Source of the DNA: Vezdaea acicularis
Taxonomy: Eukaryota
Assembly (NCBI GenBank): GCA_026025075.1
Contig: JAPEUI010000086.1
Location: forward strand, 1-64,000
DNA length: 64,000 nucleotides
Reading direction: 5' to 3'
The notes below the pieces were generated by a model that had not been told where the DNA came from, did not search any database, and worked only from the letters and a program-made list of their open reading frames with translations. Of the stretch, positions 37,655-49,067 are shown in pieces; positions within the stretch are counted from its first letter, which is position 1, and each line of letters opens with the position of its first letter. A program made the position numbers and the translations under genes.

Positions 37655-39013
37655 ATGCAGCCCACCTCTCCTCCCTCCCCCACCCCTCCACCCCCAACCT
37701 CCAACCTGCACCTCCCCCCCTCCTGCTCTCCTCCCAGCGCCTCCAACCCGGCCAAACCGCTCGTATGGATCGTCTTCGGCGCAACCGGCCACCTGGGCCA
37801 ATCGCTCACGAAGCGCATCCTCGCCGCCTCGTCCCAGGACAACGTCACCGCCGTCGGCAAAACTGGCGAAAACACGCTCGAGAGCATGTCCGGCTGGAGC
37901 AGTCGCTGCGAGGGCATGCTCTGCGACGTCCGCGTTCGGGAGACGGTGCAACGCGTGATTGACCGCTCGGTCGAGCGATGGGGTCGGATCGATGTTATCG
38001 CGAAGTACGCCTTCTTCCTCCCCCCCCCTCCGCGGGGGGTGTATCAAACCCCACACACTAACCTCCTCTCTCCTCCCGCATAACAGCTGCTCAGGCTACG
38101 GCGTAATTGGGTCCTGCGAGGACCAATCCCTGCCCGAAATCCGCAATCAATTCCGAACCAACTTCCTCGGAACGCTCTACATGATCCAACTCTCCCTCCC
38201 CCTCTTCCGCCGCCAACAGAGCGGGCGTTACCTCATCTACAGCTCCACCAGCGGCGCTCTCGGCGTCCCCGGTCTCGGACCTTATTGCGCGACGAAATAT
38301 GCTACTGAGGCACTGATCGAGAGTCTGCTTTACGAAATCGATCATTTCCGCATCAGGGCTACGCTCGTCGAGCCCGGCTTGGTTAGGAGAGATGATCACA
38401 GCGCCACGCTGGATGATACATCTGGACATCCCGGACCAGCAAACACCACCCCCGCAGCGGCCTCCGCGCCACCACCAGAACCCCGTCCATCGACAACCCT
38501 CCCGGCCCTCCCGCCCTTCGGACACTTCCTTCTCCTGCCCCCTTCAGCGCCGTATGCCTCGCCGACCAGCCCGTCAGGCCACGCGCGCCGCATGATCTCG
38601 TTCCTGGGGACGAGTCGGCAGCCGACGAGCGCGGTCAAGTGCGCGGAGCTGGTGTGGCAGTTGGGGCATTGTGCGTACCCGCCGCTGAGGCTGCTGCTGG
38701 GGAGTTATGCGGTTGAGTCTGTGAGGGATAGACTGAGGTGTGTGATTGAAGAGGTGAGTTTGGCTTTTTCTTTGTTCTCGGTTTCGTGGGGAAGAGAGGA
38801 GATGGGGGGAAAGAAGGGAGGGGGGTTAGAGCATGCATGTGGGCTGACCCAGAGTAGATCGAGGATTGGAAACACCTTAGTTTTCCGGTGGAGGGAGAGG
38901 GCGAGAGGCGCGAGAGTGGGAGTGGGATGGATGTGGATGTGGATGGGGAGGGCGAAGGGCAGGACGATGGCGAGGGGGAGGAGGAGGTGGAGATGGATGG
39001 GGAGCAGGAATGA
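37655..39013 (+). CDS. Short-chain dehydrogenase/reductase; exons 37655-38004, 38087-38753, 38858-39013
   Basis: WIVFGATGHLG, GRIDVIAN|CSGYG, TNFLG and catalytic YCATK. The last exon reads IEDWKHLSFP plus an acidic tail. Confidence 0.92.
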
Positions 39014-39388
39014 GCCATATTAGCAAGCGCCATGACAATCCCAGGCGTCAAGGCGTCAAGTTCGGATATGAACGAGCGTGTTTCAATTGCCTTCCGATAT
39101 TCCCTCTCGCCGTCCCCTTCACGCGAGAGTTTGTCTATTGATACAAGAAGTGATTTCCTATTGCTTTCGATTACCTCGCTTCGCACTCCATCATACAGCG
39201 TTATCGAAACAGCCGCCAGTTTCTTCGTCAACAGTGACTAATACAGAGAGGGAGACGGTGCGTCTGAGGAAGGGAAAATAGTGGTTTCGCTTGCAGAGAC
39301 ATGTCTATGACGGACCCAATGCACCCCGGTTGCGCCTTAAGAAATCAGACGGTTGTATTCACGAGCACCGACAGAGATGCAGATGTTG

Positions 39389-41055
39389 CTATACGGTGAC
39401 ATCAGACGGCTGTTTTGGTGGAGTGTTGTTGATGCCCTGCACACCTAAGCCCTTGGCAGGCGGACTTTTCGGCGGGTCGCCATCCAAGCCAACTGCTTCC
39501 ATTACGCCCTCCAGTTCCCTTTGACCCTTCTTTTCGTCGCTTGTTCGAGGTGTCGAGAGGTCGACGAGTTTTGTTTCTGTAGGAACGACTTTGATTGGGG
39601 CCGCGCCCTCCTCGGTGACTCGAGAGAGCGGGCTTGGTTTGCCGACACCACCAGGTCTAGGACTTCCCGAGGATGGACCGCCACTAAATCTGTGCGTGGA
39701 CCGGCCTCTTGACGGATCGACATCTGAGGTTGGGCTTGCATACGGCGAGATGCTGCTTCCCCTTGGCGAGGAGCTGCGCTGGGTATTGATTCCTGTGGGT
39801 GGTTTCCGCTTTGCGCCCCTGCGCCCGTACTTCTGGTCCATCCGCCACCTCAGAATATCCAAGTATCCAGGCTCCACATTGTTGGTCTTAAACTCTTTCA
39901 GCTTCAACTCGTTGGTATCTTCATCGACCCACCACTTTTCGCTTTGTAGGTCGTCGGCCACCATGGCGAGGAATGCAGACCACGAACGGGCGACCACGTA
40001 CTTGCAGTCGTAGTCTCGCCCGAAGATGATGATTTGACCCCACTTACCAGTAGGGCCCGGCGCAAGATCCACAGCGATGTTGTTGCCACCCCAATCACGA
40101 GCCAAGGGAATCCAGCCTGGGTGTGCGTAGACTCTCTGTACGGCATTGGGAGGTTGCGAGTCTTGTCGCGACTGAAGCTCTTCTCTCCAAAGTGGGTTTC
40201 CAGACTGCTGCAGGGGAGCCATCGATGAAGATGATCCTGCACCGCTGCCGAACGCCTTGGGAAGTTTTGTTGGTTCGGGACCCGCACGTTCGGGGAAATA
40301 TTCCGAGTTGACCTTTCTCCAATTCTCCCATTCCTGCGCAATTTCCTCACAATCTAGCAACATGCAACTGAAGATGATCCCGGTGGGTAGTCCACCTCTC
40401 TCTTGTCCATCGTGCGTCTGTAGGGATTCTCGAACTTCTAATGGAAGAGAGCAGTCGAGCTGATGTTCCAACTCGTTCAGATCATTGTTCGTTGCTCCTT
40501 CCGCCAGTTGGTCGAACAACTCCGGATAATTCTTCTCCGCCCACGCATCAATTCGCTTCCAGGAATGTGATACAGGTGGAGGTGGTGGAAGACCGCCTTG
40601 AAAGCTCTGCAATTGAACATCGCCTCGTTGTACATTCTCAAAAGGATTATTCTCGGTCGTCGGCGTATGTTGGGCAGCGGCTTGTGATCTCATACCAGGG
40701 GAATACGGCGACGTTGGGCTCTTCAACGAGCCTGGTGAGCCAGGATGGCCATTTACTGCAGGCTGAAACCCCGTCCTCGATCGTCGGGCGGGATCATCGG
40801 CATACGGTGAGTTGAGGTCCTGTCGAGAGTCCAGAGCGATGGTCGATATGGAGCTGAGAGTATTTCGATTCGAGTTTAGAGGAACATGCTGGCCGGTCTT
40901 GAATGGAGAGTTATGAGAAGCGTGCCGATCATTCGATGTCATGGTATGCCAGAAGTCGCGCCATAACGACCCTATACTGTGACATTGGAAGACGTGATGA
41001 GCATACGATCAACGGGGACTTTCGAGGCACAAGGCAAGGCTTACCCGGGCGCCAT
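39389..41055 (-). CDS. SMI1: Cell-wall glucan synthesis regulator Smi1/Knr4 (Gs-1); exons 41055-41045, 40976-39389
   Basis: MAPG|IGSLWRDFWHTMTSNDRHAS and the SMI1/KNR4 domain LPLEVRESLQTHDGQERGG...HPGWIPLARDWGGNNIAVDLAPGPTGKWGQIIIFGRD. Confidence 0.95.
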
Positions 41056-42399
41056 GTCTGGCGGAAGAGGAGCAGCGGTCGACACCTTGAGGGCAGGTTG
41101 CTGTTGTTATGCCAGAGAGGCCGCTACTATAATATTTCCTCCACCGAGAAAAGTTGAAGCGGTGAGTAGAGGTCTTGTTTGAGGTTCGAAAGGGGACGGT
41201 TCATGTGTCGCTTGTCGCCCGTTTTTCGCGTGTCCCGAAGAGGAAAGAAGCCAGTGGCCGGCGCCCTCCAACAAACACGCCGACTCTCGTCGCTATCTTC
41301 GCTTGCGAGGGGTGACGACCGTTGGGATAGGAATTGGCTCGAATTGCATGCCGTGCCGTGTCGATTAATTGAAGGGCCGCTCAGAACTAAGTACTTGATG
41401 GTGGAGGAGGACGAGGAGGACAATGAGGAAGACAGGCCTTGAGAATTAAAAATGTCTATATCGGCGATTCGGCTACGGGAATTGCAGGGCGTCGTCCGTG
41501 CGTCTGGCGGGTGTTCCGTAAGTGGCAGCGACGGGGATCGCTTTGGGCGCTGGATGGCAAAAGTTTGGTATGCGAAGATCAGGTTTATAATTAGCGTCCA
41601 CGGTGCCACCTCCATCATCGTGAACCCTTTTTTCCCCCTCAGCTTCCCTGTAAACATCCAGCCCGGAGCAGATTCGCCACAGCGTGCAAGAAGTCATTTC
41701 AATGACTAGCAGCGTTGCAAAATACGGAGGGGCTCTGGGGGGCGACACTCCCGCCATTCCAGACCTTCCCACCCTACCACCCCTGATGTCAGCGCCTGCC
41801 CCTTTCGCCGGGCGCACAGAACGTGACCGCCTAATGCAGGTCCGCGAGTCGGTGGAGCCCCGTTCGTGGGGCGACGACGGAAGCCATTGGCGTGGGCAGC
41901 CAGACTCCACGTCGTCCACTCGCGGGGAAAACATCGCGGTCTTCAAGTTGACCGTCGAGGGCTTGTGACTGGTGAATGCATCGAATCAGAACCCTCCGGG
42001 CGCCGTTGTCGTGCATACCTCCACGTGTCAGCGGCCGTCGCGGCACTGTGATTCGTTGCGTGACTCTCATCGCGGCTGGCTGGCTTGCTTCCCTACTCAG
42101 CTGTTCGTTCTGTAGTCTGACCAATCAAGCAAAAGACAAGGGACCAAGGCAGAACACCAGCATAGCGACGCCATTTTGGCTAAGTGGGAATGTATTCGAG
42201 GCTTTCGCGAACGTGAGGATAGATTTACTTCAACTCACGATCCTATACAAGTACAGGTTATCCTCTGTTGACACTATCACACTCCCAATGCGTGGCGCGA
42301 TATAACGCTATGCTCCATTGTGAGGCTGAACCGGGAGACATGCAATCCAGTATCGGTACTCTTATGCCCAAAGGCCTATCGAAACACAATCACTCTCCC

Positions 42400-45300
42400 T
42401 TAATCATCGAATGCATATATCCATGTGCCAACGTTGATTGCGAAATCAGCCAGCACTTCGATCAGTATTGTCATGTTCTTCTCTTCCAAGGGTGTGGGCT
42501 CTCTCTCGACCACCACCCATATCCCTTTCCGTCGCACAAGCTCCTGCGTGATATCTATGTCTTCTGTCCGGAACGTTTGGGGGTAAGTCGTGAAGGTGCC
42601 ATCGCCGCTGGACTTAAGAGTCCTTCTCGTTGGACCTCGTCCGTTCTCAACGGAAATCCGCATTGGCGTATGTGGTGGGGCAGTATGCCATCCAAGACCT
42701 GCGGAGCCTGGCTTGTTCGAGGTAGGAACATCACTCCCCCAACTTGGAGCCAACGGCAGCACCTGGTCAGTGGGTCTTGGCCTGGGTGCACCTATCACTA
42801 CCAAGCCTGTATCTTCTGAGTAGCCAGTGAACGGGCGTCTGCCATTAAGTCTCCAAGGATCAGCTTTAGGCTCTGGAATCAGATTCGACTTGTTGATTGA
42901 TATGGCTCGCCCGATGAGCTTCAGCCGCGTTAGGCGCTCAGGTGAAATAGGGATGATTGCCCGGTCAAACCCGGGGCGAAGTGTGACGAGTGGAAGTTGT
43001 ATAGTCACGCGACCGGCGTTTTCTGGCAGCAAGGGGCTAACCTCAAATTCCACATCTGACTCAACGCGGAGAGTGAATTTGGCTAATTGACGTGGCTCCC
43101 ACGTTGCGCAAACAATCGTATATTTCCCTGGTTCAACAGCGCTGATCTCGGCAAGAGCAGACCCTTTACGATAGATGCCTGATTCACCCACAACGTTATT
43201 ACGAGTCACAGTTGTAACCCGCAAACCGCCACTCCAGAAGAGTGCCACGTTCACCGGGATAAGGTCTTTATCTGTAGCGTGACTATCAAGGAGTAAAGTG
43301 ACGTTGGCCTTTCTCTGTACGGCGAAGCTAAATTGTGGATTGGCCGCATAGTGCACGCTCTCTGCCCTGCCACCCGAGGTCGATCTCTCCCATCCAGACT
43401 TGAGAATGACAGAATGAGCCAATGCTTGTGGCGCTGATTCAAGCATAACATGTCCCTGGGAGAATGCTGAGAGTGTAAAATTATATCTACGGGGCTGTAG
43501 ATCCAACTGCTGAGCAACAATAGTGTAACATGTATCAGCCGGGATGTCGACTTGGACGAGAGTTTGCGGCGCATCAACAAATGATCCACGATGAACAGGG
43601 CTTTCATTCAGAGCCACTCGTTTTCCTTTCTTGTCAAAGACATATATGCTAATCCAGCCGCTTCTTTCTCCAAGCTCATTGGATGTTTGCGGCTTCTTGA
43701 AATCTTGATCGGGGCGCCCCTTGCCATCCAGGTATCCGCGAATCCGCTTTCCATCATCAGTGCAGTAATGCCGGCTTAGCAAAAGCCAGACTTGATCAGC
43801 GGATCTTGACGTGGAGACCAAGAATTGGGGGTTGTTGATCAGACAGGTAGAAGATGTGACATCATCCGTTAGGTCCCAAGCAAAGTGTATGTCCTGTCGT
43901 TCCTGGAATAGCGCCGGGTTCCAATTCATATGAAAGACGTGGAAGAACTGGATCACGTTCTTAAGATCTATCCAGAAGGTGCCTGGACTTGACTTCTCGT
44001 TGAAAAGCGATAGGTCATGGATTGTCTGGCTGATTCCTGAATCATCCTCCGAGATCTTGCTTCCTTTCCATACTGTGCCCTCTATCCCAGGATTCTTTAA
44101 AAGAAACCTTTTGCTAGAGATTGTTTCTCTCATATCCAGGACGGCATAGTCATGCTCACTCGCCAAGCCCGTGCCTGCTTCAGCTTCAGGGGTGATTCTT
44201 CCGGTGCCGACAGTGATCAGGACATTTCCATCGATGAAGCTAGTATATACACGCTTCCAGAACTCCGCCAGGATCAGACTTTCACTAGAAAATGATAAGC
44301 CTCGCCTTGGAAACTTTTAGGTTTCTAATCAGGGAACACTCACCTTGTCATATGTATAGTTTCGGGTATCCAACCGACCAGGGCCCAAAGATCCGTTGCC
44401 GAGTTACTCCCAGGGAAGTCATACCCACCTCGTATTTTAAGATACGCCTTTTCAACCAAAGCGGGCCATACAAGAGATCTGTTATTACGATCAACAGTAT
44501 GGATTTGCCGGTGGGTACGGGAAGATGGAAGTCGATCGTCTATCACCACCTTCCGATCGCAGCCGTTGAAATGAAGTCGGAAGACATATTTTCCATTTGG
44601 TGATGGCACGAAATCATCTTTGAGCCGGTCATATGGCCAGACCGATGCCGATAATATCTATCGAGCTTAGCACTAGCAGTGGTAGTGGCAAATGGGTCAG
44701 GTTACCCTGTGGTGACCGCGTTCTGTCCTCGATATTTCACAGCAGATGCCCGCTACCACGGAGCAGTCCGTATTCAGATCTTGAACCAGATCAACGTCTT
44801 GCCGTGCTGAACTGCCCCTCATTTGAAAATTTTCCCTGTCTCTATATCTTATCCATCCTCCAAAGGATTCAAGCTGCTTTGGTGACAAATTCATGTCAAA
44901 GCCATCTCTACAGCAGTCTCATGTCAGCATTGTGGAGCAAGGTTGATAACTGTACCCACAAAAACAGATCTGCTCCCTCCACCAGTGCAAATTCATCGTC
45001 TATAGGATCATCTTTCCAAGGAGGAAAGAGGTGGCCATGCAGCTTGGCACTTTGCAAAAGTATGATCTGCTCTTTTTTGGACAATTCTCGTGAGGATCGT
45101 GGCCCCCTAGGTCCCGACCTTGAGATGGTCTTCATTTTTGAATCACCAATGCCATCACATGGTCCAAAGCGCTTGATACAACCACTTGCGTTGAGTTCCG
45201 TGAAAGATTTCTCTGCTTGCTTGACAAGCTCCGCTTTTTTCAGTACTTTTGAAAAGTTCGTCCTAAGACGGTCTTTCTCGGCTCCGTCTTTCACAAGCTC

Positions 45301-45794
45301 GGATGCTTTAAAGTAGCACTCAGCTGCATCTATCAACAACTTGACAACTTCTTTATTTGCCTGGCAATCAACGCTTTGTGCTTCAAGTCCCTGCCATATT
45401 ACAAGTCAGTAACGATTCGTATTGTTGACGGCCAGATGAATAAAGCGCTGGTTGGAGGAGAATATTTGGAATTGTCATCTTACAAAGGCGTCAAAGAAAA
45501 CTCTACAAAATGCTAGTACACAAAGCCCTGGCTTCTTAGCTCGATAATCTTCAGCAGATATGTGTTGAAGGATTGATGAGAAGCAATAACTATATCAAGA
45601 TGACTTGTACGGCATGAATTGACAATTACAGCAAATGTTTCGCGAAAATCGGGTAGACTTGCTGTACTTTATACAATAATTGATACAGGGCAGAAAACCT
45701 CGCAAATTGCAAAGCGATTGAATATAGGAGACTGATCTGGAATGGTATGACATGTCCTTACCTCAGCTTGTCTCTCATACGATATCGGATCCAT
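42400..45794 (-). CDS. palB: Calpain-like cysteine protease PalB/Rim13, about 954 aa; exons 45794(or 45812)-45762, 45390-44960, 44907-44706, 44657-44344, 44284-42400
   Basis: Catalytic Cys (QDLNTDCSVVA), His (EHDYAV) and Asn (LKNP). Also WPALVEKAYLKIRGGYDFPGSNS, calpain III domains (NNPQF, ANPQF) and a MIT-like N-terminus. Confidence 0.93.
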
Positions 45795-46362
45795 ATTCGA
45801 GGTAGCATTCATCCTGCGTCAATATGTAGAGACAGGGTATGAAGCCCACAAATATTATCTAATATTATGTGCGACATACTTCAATTTAGGGCCTCAGAAC
45901 AGTCCCTTGTGCCGTATGCCGTGTGCTAAACAAACGAAAAATCAACTTGACTCCGCCACGATGCTTAGGTTGAGAGTACCGAATCTAGCCTAGCGTCTCC
46001 CAATGACGCCAAACCTTCGGATATATGTTTTTCCATAAGAAGCTTAGTCTAACCGAGGTGCTCACGGAAAAGCGTGTGTTATGGCGTAATTATCGGCCTA
46101 TCTGGGTGCCAAAGTGCCAAGGAATTTGAACATATGGCTGCATCAATTATGTGAATCAAGCACACAGAGGAAAGAAACTTCTCTAAGTCAACCTGTAGTC
46201 AGTGCTATAGTAAAGAGTGTGTTCCGGAGGTCATTCCCGCTGAAGCAAAAAGCCGAGAGAACTGCGGGGGCAACTTATCTCCCTTATCCTTCATACTTGG
46301 ATGTTCTGACGTAGATTCACATCAAAGACCTCCGGTTGAATCAAAAGCGTGAACTGGCCGGA

Positions 46363-47631
46363 ATGGCCAACCAATCGAAGCCGGCACCACTGCCACCTTG
46401 GGGCTATGCTATAGCTGGAGCAACGGGAGCGGTACTTGCAAATGCAGCTGTGTACCCATTGGATATGTGAGTTTTGCGCTGCACTCATCGAGAGCTCTTC
46501 AGACTGCGTCTTTTCGTTATCGTCTTAAATTCATGGGACTAATTGCTCGCATCTACTTAGAGTAAAGACCCGACTTCAGGTTCAAGTAAAGAGCGATGGC
46601 CTAGAACGTGATCTTGAAGGCCATCCGCATTACAAGTCTACCTTGGACGCCATTACCCATATCATTGCTGACGAAGGCGTATCCGGCTTATACTTGGGTA
46701 TGGAGGGGTCTCTGCTCGGTGTTGCATCAACAAATTTTGCTTATTTCTACTGGTATTCGGTTGTACGGACGCTTTATTTGTCCACCCAAAAAATCTCGAA
46801 ACCTCCAAGTACTGCTATAGAATTGTCTCTAGGCGCTGTCTCTGGTGCAATTGCGCAAGTTTTTACTATCCCTGTCTCAGTTGTGACCACAAGGCAGCAG
46901 ACACAAACGAGGAGGGAGAAGAAAGGGCTCATAGATACCGGAAGGGAGGTGGTAAACAGTGAGGATGGTTGGACGGGTCTTTGGAGAGGGCTCAAGGCCA
47001 GCCTGATTCTCGTTGTTAACCCCGCCATAACGTATGGAGCATATCAAAGATTAAGGGATGTGCTGTACCCCGGAAAGGTCAATCTGAAGCCGTGGGAGGC
47101 TTTTTGTAAGCATATCTTTATTTATTCATTCGTATGGTCTAGAGGGAAGAAATCACTGATCTTGCTTGTTTAAAGTTCTTGGAGCATGCTCGAAAGCGCT
47201 CGCTACTGTTGTGACGCAGCCTCTGATTGTCGCGAAGGTTGGATTGCAGTCGAAACCTCCCCCAGGTCGCCACGGAAAGCCTTTCAGGAGTTTCTTAGAG
47301 GTGATGCGTTTTATCGTCGACCGAGAAGGAATCCTGGGTCTCTTCAAGGGAATTGGGCCTCAGATAATGAAGGGCTTGCTCGTGCAAGGCATGCTGATGA
47401 TGACCAAAGAGAGGTGAGTAAAGATATATCACCCTCCAAATGATTGTTCTGACCTCTCAAATTAGGATGGAACTGTTATTCATACTTCTCTTCCGCTACA
47501 TGCGAAAAGTAAAAGAGAAACAAGTCCAGAAGCTTATCGACGTTGCGGCGGAAGGGGGGGTAAAGGCGCGCCCAGTTGCAAATAAGACCGTCGAAAAAGT
47601 AAAGAAGGTGCTACCTGTTTTGGCTAAGTAG
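46363..47631 (+). CDS. ANT1: Peroxisomal adenine nucleotide transporter (mitochondrial carrier family); exons 46363-46466, 46561-47105, 47176-47413, 47466-47631
   Basis: PWGYAIAGATGAVLANAAVYPLDIVKTRLQ, NFAYFYWYS, GLKASLILVVNPAITYGAY and GIGPQIMKGLLVQG. Confidence 0.94.
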
Positions 47632-47799
47632 CTCCATATGGATAACCACATTTCACAACCATACATGTTCCCCATCATACAACTACATTCTCATTTATAT
47701 AGGAAATTGGACAAGGTGTAACTGCCTCAAATAAGCACAACCTTCATTGACGCCAAGCTAGCATAGCTCGATTTCCTAACTCATTATCATACCTGATTC

Positions 47800-48751
47800 T
47801 CATGAACTTCTATCATCTACTTGTTCGTTGCTTCCAGACGCCACCCCTCCATTGAGAGAAGCTACAAATTCCTGATACTTGAATACATCTCCTTTCTTCG
47901 ATATACCGGATTTTCCAAACGCGCGACGCGCTGTAAATCCGCTAAGCGCTCTATCAATATCTCGCTCGCTCATATTATGCCCTCTTTGTCCTGGCTCAGG
48001 AGCTGTGTGAAGTAAGGCGTCTCTCAGATCGGCTATATCGACTTGCCCGCTATCATCCTCGTCAAAGGCTGCGAAGGCGGAGATCAGCTCAGGTGGTGCA
48101 CTGAGAGGAGCTAGCATATTTGAGATGGTTGTTAGAAAAGTAGGCAAAGCCATATTCTGCGGCGCCCCGGGAGGAAAATAAGATGCGGTATTCGTATCTT
48201 GACCTATTTCACGGTCCATAATTAGCGGTGGATGTAGTCGGATGGGATTGAATGCTTACCCAAACTCGCGAGCATATCAGTCACATCATCGCGGCCTATT
48301 TGGCCATCACTATCCCGATCCAATGTCTGAAACGCTTCCTTCATCTCACGCACTTGCGCTGGTGGCAGCTTCGACAATGCGTCCCTCCCATCAGTGTTCA
48401 ATCTCTCGATGCGTGGCACTCCATTGCTCCGACCATTCACGCCCCGAGTCGAACTTGGCACTATTTCTTGCTGGCTGGGAGAATCAAGACCTCGTGGAGT
48501 CCAGCTCCTTCCTGGACCTGGCGATGGTGATGGGACTGGTGATACAAGCTTGTTCTGCCTTGTCGGTGATGTCTGAGGCGTAGTGGCGCGAACCGTTGAT
48601 GGAGAGGTTGGTGTCTCTGGTCTCCGAAATGGAGACCGAGGAGATCCAAAGGAAAGAGGAGAGGGCTTATACGCTGAAGCCTGTATATCATGCGCTTAGC
48701 TTTGAACTTGGAAGAGTGCTTTACGAAGGGTGGGCTGGGAGCACTAACCAT
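47800..48751 (-). CDS. EF-hand protein, myosin regulatory light chain-like (Rlc1/Mlc2), about 275 aa with an SP/TP-rich N-terminus; exons 48751-48749 (ATG only), 48680-48260, 48203-47800
   Basis: QVREMKEAFQTLDRDSDGQIGRDD and ELISAFAAFDEDDSGQVDIADLRDAL. ATG|GTTAGT...GCTAAG...CAG intron. Confidence 0.88.
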
Positions 48752-49067
48752 TGTTTACACAAGCCTGGAGCGTCCAAAGCCAGTCAAGATAGATTGAAGT
48801 ACACTAATCACAGCAATTCGATTGATTTTGAGGGGTCTACGGTACGAATTATGCTCAACCACAGCGCTTTGGAAAGGTTCTCTGGTATCAATGTTGATAT
48901 TTCACTGTTTCCCTTGGAGTCTTCGGGTATGTTAGAAAGCGCCGTTACTGTGCCAACCCTCGCTTAAAGTCTGGGTATCAATAACCTCGCGTCCTCCTCT
49001 AAGCGCCAGACTTCTCTCGGCAGGAGCGATGTTGTCGTAAAGACTTTAAGGGTTCTACGCGTCAAAT

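Noticed and set aside
48752..49062. Forkhead (GTAAACA) and MCB (ACGCGT) motifs in the light-chain/ASPM spacer
   Set aside because: Both lie within a few nt of the ATGs, so are probably transcribed leader; single short motifs are not significant.
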